A DNA stretch of 64,000 bases from Octopus vulgaris (GCA_951406725.2 OX597826.1:62186001-62250000), one strand, 5' to 3'. Numbered from the stretch's first letter, positions 12,424-25,860 are shown. Notes: generated from the sequence alone by a model not told the origin. Made by a program: numbers and translations.

Positions 12424-14280
12424 TCAAGTGGGAAGCTTACGCTACAGCAACTAGCATTCTGTCACCGAAGTCGATGCGGAGTTATCTTCATGGTAGCTCG
12501 ATTTCTTAGTAATTATAGCTAAATCTTTTTCAAATTGCAATGTGTGTGGAAGCACTCCGTCGGTTACGACCACGAGGGTTCCGGTTGATCCGATCAACAG
12601 ACAGCCTGCTCGTGAAATTAACGTACAAGTGGTTGAGCACTCCACAGACACGTGCACCCTTAACGTAGTTCTCGGGGATATTCAGCGTGACACAGGGAGT
12701 GACAAGGCCGGCCCTTTGAAATACAGGTACAACAGAAACAGGAAGTAAGAGTGAGAGAAAGTTGTGGTGAAAGAGTACAGCAGGGATCACCACCATCCCC
12801 TGCCGGAGCCTCGTGGAGCTTTAGGTGTTTTCGCTCAATAAACACTCACAACGCCCGGTCTGGGAATCGAAACCGCGATTCTACGACCGCGAGTCCGCTG
12901 CCCTAACCACTGGGCCATTGCGCCTCCACCAAATTGCAATACATTGCCTAGAAGGAACAATACTTTGGGTTGATATAATCCATGGCTGAAAATTTTAGAA
13001 AGCTCATTTTAATAAGTGCTAGAGACTGGAGATTAAGTTCGTTTTTATGTTGTGTTTTCTTTCTTATTTGTTTCCGTTGTTGGAGCGAGTTCAACTCAAT
13101 TTAACTCTATTGAAATGCTTCTGCACAGGTTTAAATAAAAGTTATTCCGGCTATGGCCAACCTATTTACAAGTCAGCGACTGGAGTGTTCAATGTCTCCT
13201 CACATTTTTAAAGAACGAATTGAGTTGATGTATTTAGTCGTGAATCGTTTCCCGTTTCTAACAATGCGAATGACACGTAAAGAATTTCATGAGGATACTT
13301 GAGTTGCTAATGTTGCTGTCGATGCAATTTAACTCTAAATAAATCTTGGTTGAAAAGAGATAAGTTTAAATGCGTTCCCACAGTTTATTCAAAAGGAATC
13401 GTGACATACATCTAACGAGGTTCCCTATGAATCCCGTCAAAACCATAAGGAAACAATCACTCTCTTTGTTAGCCTTTCTTCGACTAACAAGAATGAGTGA
13501 GAAAAGAACTTAAAAGGGTCAGGGAGTAAAATCAAGATTTAATTGTACTTGTTGTTGTTTCATTGTATCTCCCCTTTATACACCATCTTTATTATCGTTG
13601 TTATCCTCCTTAATTACGCAGCTGTACAATGAGGTTGTAAATTACATTCAGTGTATACAATCGAAACGGGTCCTTGGTACTGACTTACCCTTTTTTATAT
13701 GACTCTACTGAATATGTATTATAATTCTATATTTGCCATCTCAATATGGCTAACCACTAAGGATGAGATGACAAATATACTTCACATTGTCGTGCAGTTA
13801 CTGTCTATACCTCGTTCACAGATTTATTATTGCTATTATAATTCTGAAAATATTCTGTTGGTTTCAATCTATTGTATGACTCTGCAAGAGAAAGGCAGTG
13901 ATTATGACATCTTTCGGAACAACCGATATTTTACTGAGAATATGTGAAAATTATTCTCATAATAGAAACTTGTGCAAGAGTATTTCAATAGATTTTAACT
14001 CAGATAGATTTTAACTTCACCCAAATAACAAAAAGAAAATCATAGGAAAATGAACTGAACCTCTACGTTATAGCACTTATTAAACTGTCACGTCTAACAT
14101 TTTTCAGCCATAATGTATTATAGAAAATATTAACCCAATGTATTGTTCCTTTAAGACGATATTTCGTGATTTGAGAGAAATTTAGCTTTAATTACAAGTA
14201 GATCGAGCTACCATGAAGAGGCATCTGCATCGACACTGGTGGCCGTATGTTAGTCACTGTGGCGTGATCTTCCCAGTTGA
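12424..14280. repeat. Old inverted duplication: arms ~12424-13133 (interrupted by a SINE) and ~13965-14280
   Basis: e.g. tcttcatggtagctcgat vs atcgagctaccatgaaga; aaggaacaatac vs gtattgttcctt; ttaataagtgcta vs tagcacttattaa; tctattgaaat vs atttcaataga. Confidence 0.8.
12542..12929 (-). mobile_element. Full-length tRNA-derived SINE family C (resembles Octopus OR-type SINEs)
   Basis: A-box-like tggcccagtggtt, B-box-like gtttcgattcc, short (CA)n tail, TSD CAAATTGCAAT at 12531-12541 and 12930-12940; highly similar to 61354-61746. Confidence 0.9.
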
Positions 14281-17200
14281 TCCAATAATTTGTTCCCATC
14301 AGCTTGATCATTACTGGTGCTTGGGTTTACTGGACTTCTCGAACAAAAATATGTGGAAGCGTCTTATTGGTTGAGAGATCGTACGACCTGATAGATTCGA
14401 TTCTAAAAACACTTGGGCCTCTTGGATTCTGAGGATGATGTACGTGGTTGTGTAACATTAATGATTTTCTTAAGGGCTTCACTCAGTAATGCAAGTAAAA
14501 TAACATTGCAATCATCGGATAATGAAATGGTAATAGATAGAAACAGTTTTGCTGGTTTGTTTAATCGGAAGATTTCTTATTGACAATGGCGTCGTTGAAC
14601 GCCACTTATAAAACTGAGAAAGTAATAACAAGATAACTACAAAAGTAACACACAGATGTAAATTGCGTTCATTTAGAAAATATCACACATCTTGCTGGCC
14701 AAGTAATTTTAACATCAATTTAATATCGAGGAATATCTTGAGTTGGTTCAGCGGAGAAGAATGGAAGAAGGAGAGTAGGACGCGCCAAACAGTTCCGTGT
14801 CACTCATCAATCATATAAGAGAAAAATTAACACAAGAAAGAGAGAATAAAATGTCACTATTTTTTTTTTTATATCTGAAACAGGTTCGTTCCGGATGTAG
14901 TATTTGTGTTCTCTGATAGAAGAACGCCAGTTTGTCTTAATGAAAAACATGATGGAATTTAATCAAGCGTAGGCTAGGGCTTCATGTATTTATCTCTGGG
15001 TGTGTATGTGATTAGTGTGTGTGTATAGGTGTGTGGTGGTGTTCCATTGTGAGAGAGGAGAGTTCGGTTAAAGTTACTGCTAGTTGTAGGAATATTGGAG
15101 ATAATGTACAAGTAATTTTGATGTTAGGAAATGTAATTATGTTCATCGGCAAAATTGGAGTTTTATTTTTTATCTCATATTCTCTCTCACACTTTCTATG
15201 TTTATTTAAATGTTACTTCCTTCCTTATTACAATCTCAATCGCTTTTACTCTGTTTTGCTTTATTTTTTTTTTGTTTTTTTATTCATTCGTTATTTAATC
15301 GCTAATTCATTTTTTTGCTGCTTTTTAAAGTTTCATTCTGCAATATTCAGTTTAACCATACTTTCGGCCATTTTTTTTTTCATTCTTAATAACAGTTAAC
15401 TTTTGTAAATTTAATTTATCGATTGATTATAGGGAACAAATTCACAGGAAGGATGTTTTTAATTGAATTGACACCAGTATATTAATGATACTTGTTGTAT
15501 GGTGGAGGTGTAAAAGTGGGAGTCAGGTGAAGAAGATTTGAACCTAGAACAAAATAGCGTGTAACGAAATAAAATATAACAGTCAAAAGTTTGTAATAAT
15601 TCTGTCAAGTCACCTCATTTTTCATCGCAGACTTCACTCACACCAACTCTCACTGTTTGAGTTCACTTTCCTCATATCACTCAGTTTTCGCTTTTTATCT
15701 TAGAAACAATCTGATAATATCTCACCAACTGTCAGACAAAGAGCAAGTATTTAAACCATTAGACTCTTTCATTCCTCACGCGATATCACCAGAGATGTCT
15801 CTTCTTCGTATTCTTTTTTTTTATCATGACGAACTCATTTTGAAGGTGAAGAAAATTCATAACTTTTAGAGAGATAAATTATAAGACGTAGATTTATTTC
15901 ATAAATTGCTGCAAGTTATATAGAATGAATCTTTATTTAAATTTCGCTGCCTCAGGAGATAAAAGAAAACGTATATGACAATTTTCAGTGCCTCTGAGAT
16001 TGGCACAAGTATTATTAAGTATGGATACAAGGTACCAACAAACTGTACCAGTATGGTACCAACATATTGTGGAAAAGGTAATGGACGAAAGAAGTCATGA
16101 TCGAACGATACTTAGAAGATACTTAGATACTTAACAAAGGTGCTCTACATTGAGATTGAATATAAAACTTCGTAGTTGTGGGTCATAATACATTATTCCC
16201 ATTACCATGGCACTACCATGTCAGTTTTTGATTTTGTCACCAATCACAAACGGTGCATGGACATATATCTCACAAGGCAAACCCAGTGTCAGTATATTTG
16301 TAATAATATATTGATAATTCTGTCTATATAATGCTGCAGCCGGAGAAATAATACCAAATACTTGCATGTGTATTTTACTCCTTTCGATATGTTTTCCTAT
16401 TGTCGATTGTAAGCTATTAAAATAATTTTTCCAAATCGCAAAGAACTTCAGATCATATAATTCATTCTGGTTTTCGTAGTATTAAGCGGATTAAATACAA
16501 AGCTCCCGGATTTGGGTAGAAAAACAGCGTTGATTAATTCCATAACCATTTTAAATTATATATTTTTACTCAGTTTAGCATATCCGTGAATATCACCGTT
16601 CTTCCCTATAACTAATTCTGCACTGAGGATTCAAGATTTGAAGCATTAGGAAAATATATCGTTCAACAGGTAGAAAACAACAATACTAGGATAGCAGGTG
16701 TCTAATAACTATCTTGGCTTCACCCTCCATGACTGCCCTTTCGTTACAGTGATGTACTATGAGAATGTAATCATGACGAATGATTACATTTACTCAGTAT
16801 CCAGTACTCAAAGCAGATACCTAAGTCTCGGCGCATGCTTTCACCTGTACCACCACCAGCGTGTATTATACGGAACAATACAGACAGTACGCGTTCGCAA
16901 TAATTGGACATTTGCATAAGAGAAACACGTTCCTGTCTTAAAGCACAAAACAGCGTTTATCTATTCATAAGGGTAGCATGATCAGGGTGCGATTCATAGA
17001 TTGTTAAAAACAACAGAAGCAATATACGCGTTCGTCATTTTTACCGAACAATTCGAGGATAATTTCTCCAATAATGTTTTCTAATACATGTACCAGGCCT
17101 GGAATTCGGTAAACAGGGAGTTACTCAATAAATCACGTCAGTTATAAATGCTTGACTGGTACTGTGTATAATGGAAGCTGGAGAGATCTAATCAAAGTTG

Positions 17201-17399
17201 TACTCGTTAGGACTTGAACGCAGAACGCTTCAGCGATTCTATTACAAGCAGCATATAATGAAGCAGAATGCATTAAACAAATGTAGCATCTGGGAATTTG
17301 GGGACGAAACAATTGGACACATTGTCTCTGGCTTCTCAGGTCTAATTGACAGGGTATTATTTAGGTAGACAAAGGCCGTATGTTAATTCATGCAAATGA

Positions 17400-17840
17400 C
17401 AATCGTGAAGATGACGTAGATAATGATGATCTGAGGGACGATGATGTTGACGATGATGTCGACGGTACATATGACGACGACGCTGATTATGGAGATAACG
17501 ATGATGATGATGATGGTGGTGGTGGTGGTGGTTGTGGTGTTGGTGGTGGTGGTGGTGGTGGTAGTGGTGGCGAAGTCGTCGCCGTTGTGATGATCATGAT
17601 GATGACGACGACAACAACGACGTGGACGGTGTTAGTGAAGAAGATGAGGATTGTATTTATGCTGCTGCTGATAACGATGAGGGTAGTTACTTCGGTTTCT
17701 TCACACATACACATACATATATATATACGTACATAGGCATATATAACAAAAACATCATCATCATCATCATCATCATCATCGTCGTCATCATCATCATCTT
17801 CAAAAACAACAACAGTAACAACAACAAAAAGAACAACTGA
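17400..17840. repeat. Compound trinucleotide low-complexity region (GAT/GAC, GGT, CAT, CAA)
   Basis: Direct inspection. Confidence 0.9.
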
Positions 17841-18136
17841 ACAAACACTTTAGAAGATTTAGATTTACATCAAAATCTAAAGATGTTATTACCCAGAATA
17901 AGTATATCGCTTTCAATATAAATAGCGTTTATAAATATTTTTTATTGCTGAATAAAGACTAATTCTATAAAACTGACGTAGTTTACAGTCACACTAACAT
18001 ATAAAAATATAAGAAAATTACTATATTTCTGTATTTACATATACAAAATCAAAGACAGAGGAAGTCACGTGTTTTACGCACCCCACACTCTCTATATATG
18101 TATATATGTGTATGTGTATATATATATATATATATG

Positions 18137-18199
<63 letters not shown>

Positions 18200-18583
18200 T
18201 ATTAGCTAGAACAATAAATATTACACACATATATGTATTTATACCATAGAATGTCAGGAGTTATGAGAGGTGAATATATTTATTTAACCATTTGCCATCC
18301 GTAGGCTAAGAGCCATTTCGTAGATTTCGTCATGTGATAATAAATGAAGTGTATTACAATATATATCCGTACTAATATGCATGGGACGCATTATACAATA
18401 CATTAGTATATTCACAAATCAGTACAGGTATAGAAAGCTAGCTCATCAGATCACTAGATCATCGGCTGAGATCCTAGTAAAGACAAGGAGTTAAATATTC
18501 ACCTCTCATGCTTCCTGACATTTTATGGTCTCTTCCTCCATTTCACTGTCTCCTTCTCTCTCTCATACACATTATATCTCCCA

Positions 18584-18674
<91 letters not shown>

Positions 18675-19053
18675 TTATGTGATAATGCTTCAACGAGTAG
18701 AAAAGCACTCGATCAGCAAAGCCACCACCACCTACTACTATTACTACTATTACTTCTATTTCTAACAATCATATCAATAATGGTGATGATAATAATAATA
18801 ATAATAATGATGGTAATAATAATAATTAAATATGGGTACGAGGTAACGGGTGCAGGGCACCAACTTGCTGAGGAATAGGTAAAAGACGAAAATTAGAAGA
18901 TAAAGATCCCATGAGATATTGTTTTCCTGACCCTCGGGAAGTTAGAGCAACGAAACCCGGATATAGTGGCCTTTGGAAGGGACAAATAATAGTAGTTAAT
19001 AATTGACGTAGTAATACCAGGAGTTCAACATAGTGTCATGAAAGGAAAAGATA

Positions 19054-19203
19054 TTATTTACATTATTTACATTTGACGATTTTTGTCCTCATCTGGTTTG
19101 TTGTTAACACAACGTTTCGGCTGATATACCCTCCAGCCTTCATCAGGCATATTGAGGAAATTTCGAACCTTGGTTCTCATTCCTAAGGTATTTTTCGATG
19201 TTG
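19054..19203 (-). mobile_element. Penelope-like terminal-repeat fragment containing a minimal hammerhead
   Basis: Contains the hammerhead core; its 3' end reappears in opposite orientation at 19618-19650; abuts a long (ATT)n tract. Confidence 0.6.
19106..19150 (-). ncRNA. Minimal type I hammerhead ribozyme-like motif
   Basis: ATGC-CTGATGA-A-GGCTG(gagggtatat)CAGCC-GAAA-CG-TT-GTGT: intact core, perfect 5-bp stem II, palindromic loopless stem III (ACGT), weak 4-bp stem I. Confidence 0.7.
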
Positions 19204-19608
<405 letters not shown>

Positions 19609-19694
19609 AATACATTTGACAAATATCTGTCAAATGTAAATACTGTAAATCATGTACATAATTCCTCATTTCTTCAATATAGAACTGTATTAGG

Positions 19695-19940
19695 AAAAGA
19701 AATGTTCAACAAATATGGAAACCTGAAAATTCAGATCCCCAAGATGTGACAGCTGCGAGAGTCAAACATCAAGATTGATTGTTGATATCGGAGTATTGGG
19801 TTCAGTACCACCCAACCTGAATAAACACTTTAAAACACCCTACATGCACTCTTCGTGTATTACAAAACTAGGTTTTATTTGGAACTGCACGCATACTGCG
19901 TAAATTACTGACTGCCTGGGGTCTTGGTGTGACTTCACAG
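19695..19940 (+). pseudogene. R4/Dong-clade non-LTR retrotransposon, degenerate C-terminal restriction-like endonuclease fragment
   Basis: Frameshifted translation KYGNLKIQIPKM*...IGVLGSVPPNLNKHF...VLFGTARILRKLL resembles the K-Y-x-D-L...P(V/I)V(I/V)GALG...L-x-T-x-x-ILR motif. Confidence 0.65.
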
Positions 19941-19994
19941 ACAGTATATATCCCCGGTACACAATGCATTCAATATATAACGTTCACATTATTG

Positions 19995-20305
19995 TCCCTC
20001 TCTCGCTCTCTCGTCTCTCGGTCTCTCATCCCACCCTCTCTCACCCACTCCTCCCTCTCTCTCGTTTCTCCCTCTCTCTTTCTACCTTGTCTCTCTCTCG
20101 CCCCTCTATCTGTCTCACCTGTCTCTCTCGCCCACTCACTCTCTCTCTCCCTCGCCCCCTTCTCTGTCTCACCTCTCTCTCTCGCCTCTCTATCTCGCCC
20201 CCTCTCTTTCTCTCGCACTCTTCTATCTCCCCCTCCCTCCCCCTCTCTCTCTCGCCCCCTCTCTCTCTGACCCCTTCTCTCTCTCGCTCCCTTCTCTCTC
20301 TGTCT
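19995..20305. repeat. ~310-bp polypyrimidine/polypurine tract built of (CT)n with CTCGCCCC repeats
   Basis: Direct inspection. Confidence 0.9.
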
Positions 20306-20325
20306 CGATGTCTTCAATAATAATA

Positions 20326-20363
<38 letters not shown>

Positions 20364-20875
20364 AAGAAGAAGAAGGAGTAGGAGGACGAAATCAACGAAT
20401 GAACGAACGAATCTTTTTCATTATAAAACCAATTTACATCATTAGGATCTTTATAAGCTATATTATGCGTAGTATTATCTGGAAATATTGAATGGCGCAG
20501 AAATAATTTAAAATTTATGTTATGCCCAACAAATAAGCATTTATTTCTTATTATAACTGCAGACAATCGGTTTCACTCAGTTAAACATATAGAAAAAAAT
20601 GTTCTTTAAATTTCTCTATTTAACAAATTAACAAATAATAGAATAATAATGAAAGCAACTGGTGAATGCTGTCTAAGTTGTTGGTGAACACAATTTAGTT
20701 TTATTTGCTTTTGATATTTTATGTGAAAAAATAGTATTTTCAATGATTTAATTTGAAAACTGAAAAACAACTTATTTATTTTACAGACGCACATATACAC
20801 TATAGAAATGCGAATATCTGTATTAATTTATACTTACCTCAATACATATATACATATACAATACACACACACACG

Positions 20876-20913
<38 letters not shown>

Positions 20914-21060
20914 CTTTATTTAAAGCAGCAGAAAATTCAACAAAACCTATTACTCTGAGTTTCACGTGAAACTCTGAGTAACAGGTTTTGTACGCTAAAT
21001 TCTTTCACGTGAAACTCAGAGTAACATGTTTTGTTGAATTTTCTGCTGCTTTAAATAAAG
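20914..21060. repeat. Foldback palindrome, 58-bp arms (56/58 matched), with an internal partial third arm
   Basis: 20914-20971 is the reverse complement of 21003-21060; 20940-20991 is also self-complementary around CACGTG. Confidence 0.92.
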
Positions 21061-21077
21061 CATATTACTCTACCACT

Positions 21078-21128
<51 letters not shown>

Positions 21129-21171
21129 TGTACATACACCCTCGTGCGTGTGTGTGTGTGTGTGTAGAGAG

Positions 21172-21425
21172 AGAGGCGCTTGACTTGGCGGTTAGTATGT
21201 TGTACTCGTGATTGTAAGATTGTGGATATGGTTCCTGAATCTCGCAGTGTTGTGTTCTTGAGCAAGACACTTCGTTTCACATGACTCCACTCCATCTACT
21301 CAATCGGCAAATATGGCGTAAGCCTACAATGGGAAGGCATCACGTCCAGAGGATGAGGCAAATAAATACTACAGAATCCGGAAAAACCAAAATCCTTATG
21401 AGCCTACTGTTCAGGAAGGAATTTG
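21172..21425 (+). mobile_element. Old tRNA-derived SINE with CORE-like central segment
   Basis: Degenerate tRNA-like head then gttgtgttcttgagcaagacactt; related copies at ~41425-41580, 56815-57050 (-), 60890-61155. Confidence 0.6.
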
Positions 21426-22007
21426 ATGATATTTAGAAATTACCATGTTTTCCAACGCCGAAGAAGCTTCGTCCTTGAGGACGCACAGTAATTTTGACAA
21501 CCAAAAATTTGAAAAAAAAAATAATAAATAAATAAACATAAAAATAATGTCCTGGCACTTCGGAAAATTACAGATGGAATAAAAAAAATGCATCACTGTA
21601 ATCTCCAGTTCTCCACTTAAAATATTCCTTCATTTATTTTGGCTGGTCGTCTGACACTTATTTGCGCTATCCCATACGTTGTCTAACCGTGACTGTCTCC
21701 CGTTGTGACCTCACACTCGCGTCTGTAAAAGTAACAAAATGCAGCGCTCATCTTCCTTAACAATTTGTTTTGTGGGACTGTCAGTAGAGACAGCGAAGAA
21801 TATGTGATCTCTGATAGTGTAGTGATAACTCCGGATATGTTTGAAAATTAATCAAGCATGAAAATTTAGTCGTAAACTAGACGGCCGTATCTCTGACATT
21901 GAAGGTTTAAAGACTCACGAAATAACAGCAGAAAATTAAAATAAATTATGCACTTTGTATTCATTTATCAAACCTATATCTCTAGTCGGTGTAAAGTTTG
22001 CACTTAC

Positions 22008-22058
22008 AGTGATATTTCGTTGATGAGACTTCAGACCGAAACATGTCGAGTTATCACT
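22008..22058 (+). ncRNA. Degenerate type I hammerhead-like motif
   Basis: AGTGATA/TATCACT 7-bp distal stem I; TTGATGA core variant; GAAA-CATG-TC with palindromic stem III ACATGT and GUC site; stem II decayed. Confidence 0.5.
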
Positions 22059-22224
22059 ACACTGCCAAAGATCATATTATTTGGGGCATTGTATATCTAA
22101 TTTTAAATGATATTTCATGGAAAGCCTCTCCTGTCATTTTCATAGGAATTAGTTATTTGGATAATTATTTTCTCTTACACGAACACACACACACACGACG
22201 CCATGATAGATCGTTAGCTCCTAA

Positions 22225-22388
22225 ACGCATTTTTTTCTCTCTTTGTTTTTTTTCTGTGTATCTTTCTGTCGAAGAGAGTAGGCTCGAAACGTAAAATACG
22301 TTTTCTATTCTTGAGCGCTATACTAATACATTTGTTTGTTTGTACTCCACCTGCCTTCGTCTTTTGTTTATTTTCGTAAACTTTTCCG

Positions 22389-22390
<2 letters not shown>
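22225..22390 (+). mobile_element. Short Penelope-like repeat with hammerhead-like variant, ending at (TA)n
   Basis: TCTTT-CTGTCGA-A-GAG(agtagg)CTC-GAAA-CG-TA-AAA at 22261-22296; related copy at 35831-35862. Confidence 0.45.
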
Positions 22391-22452
<62 letters not shown>

Positions 22453-22959
22453 TTGGAAAAGGATGCATGTCGTTCAATTAAATAATAATATAAATAATAT
22501 ATATGGATGTATGGGTACAGGATGTCAACTGTGTAAACAACATGAAGTACGAAAACAAACGAGTTGAATACGCAAATGAGAAACAAGACAAATAAGCACA
22601 GAGAATGACCCCTCATCAGTTGTCAGTTATCTATCTATTCCTCATTTCGAGCATCCAGTGACAATGTGAGTCTTCAAAGACAGTTGTTCTCATAAATTCC
22701 AGAATAAAATTTTAGATTTATGGAGGGTCAAACGAAACGTAACACGGAAAGTTGTTAGACCAGAACGAGAGGAAAATAGTGAACGCTGGGAGACATTTTC
22801 TTTGAAAAGGGAAAAGATGGAAGCGAGAGAAAGAGAACGTCGTTCCGGAAAAGAATGATGGTCACGTGATGAAAAGAAAGAAGGACGATGGTCACGTATG
22901 AACAACTAGAGAGAGAAAAGAGAAAGAAGGAAGTGAGAGATAGGCAGATAGAAGACGGT

Positions 22960-23233
22960 GAACCTTATTCAGCGGCCTTTTGAGTGGAATGGGCTACCTA
23001 ACCTGGGGAAAATTCTAACTGGACCTCACCTGCAAGGTCATGCGCTGTTATTTTAATATGAGATCACCATGTCGCGCACGTGTGTTTGTGATAAATCTGC
23101 CTGGTGTAACCTTATCAGACAGGTAGTCACGATGGGTATATTGGGCTTTGTATATTTGTACCCCAGTGAAAGTTTGCTGGCATGCGCTACTCTCTCACTC
23201 AATAATAACAATAACAACAACAACAACAACAAC

Positions 23234-23282
<49 letters not shown>
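22960..23282 (+). mobile_element. 3' part of a retroposon ending in an (AAC/AAT)n tail
   Basis: GC-richer block ending ctactctctcactc followed directly by aataataacaataacaac...(aat)n. Confidence 0.5.
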
Positions 23283-23437
23283 GTTTCAAACTTTGTCACA
23301 AGGACAGGAATCTATGAGAGTGGTTAGTCAATAACAATTTCTTCAATATTTGATTAATAACTTGTTTAGTACATTATTTTATCGACGCTGGATGCATGAA
23401 AAGCAATATAAATACGTATATCTATTTATCCATCCAT

Positions 23438-23468
<31 letters not shown>

Positions 23469-25671
23469 CGTTAGTGTGTGCGCACGTGTGTGTGTGTTTA
23501 TACATATATATACGGTTTGGTGTTGTAGCAATTTGCATCCTCTACCGTGAGTGTTCATGGTGTATTTGAATACAGGTGCACAACGATTCTTCAGGGAAAC
23601 ACTGTATTATATTATGTTAAAGAGAAGCATTTTCAATCGAAGCTGTAATTTAGATATTTCCGATTCCCTAATTCATATAATTATGGAAGCTGCATGACAG
23701 AATATAGTTAAAATGTCCATATAACCGTATAAATTTGTTTACTTGCTGATGAAAAAAAAAGTATCTCCTAGAAAATATGCAGAGCATTCTTTGAGCTTCT
23801 GTTATACTCAAAATAATCATGCTTCCGACATATCTATGGTGTAACTTTGTTAAGAAGATTTCACGCGTAAGGAAAAGCAAACACGAAGAATCTTCCGAAA
23901 AGTTTCAAAATATATGTTACGCCAAGTCTTTACAGAATGTAATAAGACCAAACAGATCTATATTCCTTTAATTTGAAAAATGCGAAACTTATAGTTGTAC
24001 AATACTTAGATACAGTTCTAATAATATTGTCAACCTCTATGATAAAACTGATAATAGTTCAAAACATTTCGCTGAATTTTTTAAGTGAAATATCTGGCGA
24101 TCATCTTCTATGTAGACGAAAGTATAGAACTTTCTGCTGTCGCTCAAATATATACTTATATATCGTTTGAAATGTTAATTAAATCAGTTCTTTTCATTTA
24201 TAGAAGTAATAATTTATATTTTCCCGTGGGGTTCATTACTAAACAAATTTGTAAAGTTGTACAGTTTGATAAAGTAAAATGTACAAATATATCTGTAGAT
24301 TAAACTATACTCTGGTATGTTTTACTATATATATATATACGCAATAAAGTTGTCTATTCAGTTAGTATACACATTATATCATTCAGATTTTTGGAGTCGA
24401 TTTGACGCAGCATTCTATGGGCTTCCTATGTTACATTGAATTCCAGTCGTATTTTTGGAAATAATTATATAAATAGCTCAAAGTAGAGTTTAACTTGTAC
24501 TTGGTGACGTACAACTTAGTACAAGTATTTGCAATAACAATCCTGTGAAGCCTCGACAACTTTTTCATAATATTTGTTTTTTGACTCTATAGATGTGATT
24601 CTATATAATCCGTGTGATTTAAATTCTAATGTATCAAATTTACTTTCGGTTGATGAAGGTGCTTAATTGTATCTGTATCAGTGTAATCATTTCTCAGAAA
24701 CACAATTTGTGCCTCGGTAAATATATAACTTTTATGAAAACACACGCCTCGAATTGATTTTTGATTCAGTTACGCAACATATTATGTCATTGTAAACGAA
24801 ATGCATGGAGTATTCTAAGACTTCGTCTCTTAAGATGTATCTTTCAGCATTTTGTTAAACATAATAATAATAATATTCATAGTTACGAGTTGGTAACGTT
24901 GTAATTATGTACATACTCTAAAGTTGTTATTCTACGCATCGATATTGGAAATTCGAAATTTATAAATGTTGATGGCCATTTTGATACAATATGGAGTGCG
25001 ATTTTGTGGTTGAGAGTGTATATTTAAGGTGATCAAAAATTTTAATTTTTCTCAATTATTTTCGGTTAATGATGATTCTACTCATCCTTTTTCGAATACA
25101 ACAAGCTTTCAGAAACACAGTATGTGACCTAATATAATATAAAATTTATCGGAAAATGTACAACATAAAATTTTCGAATCTGTTACACCATACACGCGCA
25201 AACAAACACATATCCCCACACGCACACTAATATATATATACACACACATATACATAGACATCCATCCAGCTACACTCCAACACAGATGCACATGACACAA
25301 ACACACACGCAAACATTTACATGTATATAGCTTCATGAAATTTATATGTGTGTGTCTGTGTGTGTGCGCGCGTATCTTAAATAACCATTAATAGCATTAT
25401 CATTATTATTGTTGTTGATGTGACTGTTGTTATATAGAGATGCAAAGAATGACAAAAGAGCTCAGAGACATTAAATTTGGATTGAAAGAAAAAGAAAGAC
25501 GAAAGAGGATGACGACGAAGTAGAAGATGAATACAAAACACTGAGTGTATGATGTTCTGTTGTGATAGCTACATCTTCTGAACTCATATAATACACAAAA
25601 TTTCTAACATATACGTAACCATAATAAAAAAAAAACACGTATTTTATATGAATGGATTTATGTACGTTCTA

Positions 25672-25759
<88 letters not shown>

Positions 25760-25828
25760 CATAGATGTAAATATGCACACATATATATATATGAATATAT
25801 ATATATACATATGCATATATAGAAACAC

Positions 25829-25855
<27 letters not shown>

Positions 25856-25860
<5 letters not shown>

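Noticed and set aside
12855-12929. tRNA-like sequence (also 61354-61430 and ~42830-42901)
   Set aside because: SINE heads with A/B boxes but no complete cloverleaf, continuing into SINE bodies
17380-17736. 118-aa Asp/Gly-rich ORF
   Set aside because: Built from degenerate GAT and GGT repeats running into (CA)/(TA) repeats; no splice or homology support
22600-22690. Further minus-strand hammerhead candidate (TTGAAGA…GAAA and a separate CTGATGA)
   Set aside because: Stems II and III and the cleavage triplet cannot be formed convincingly in this copy
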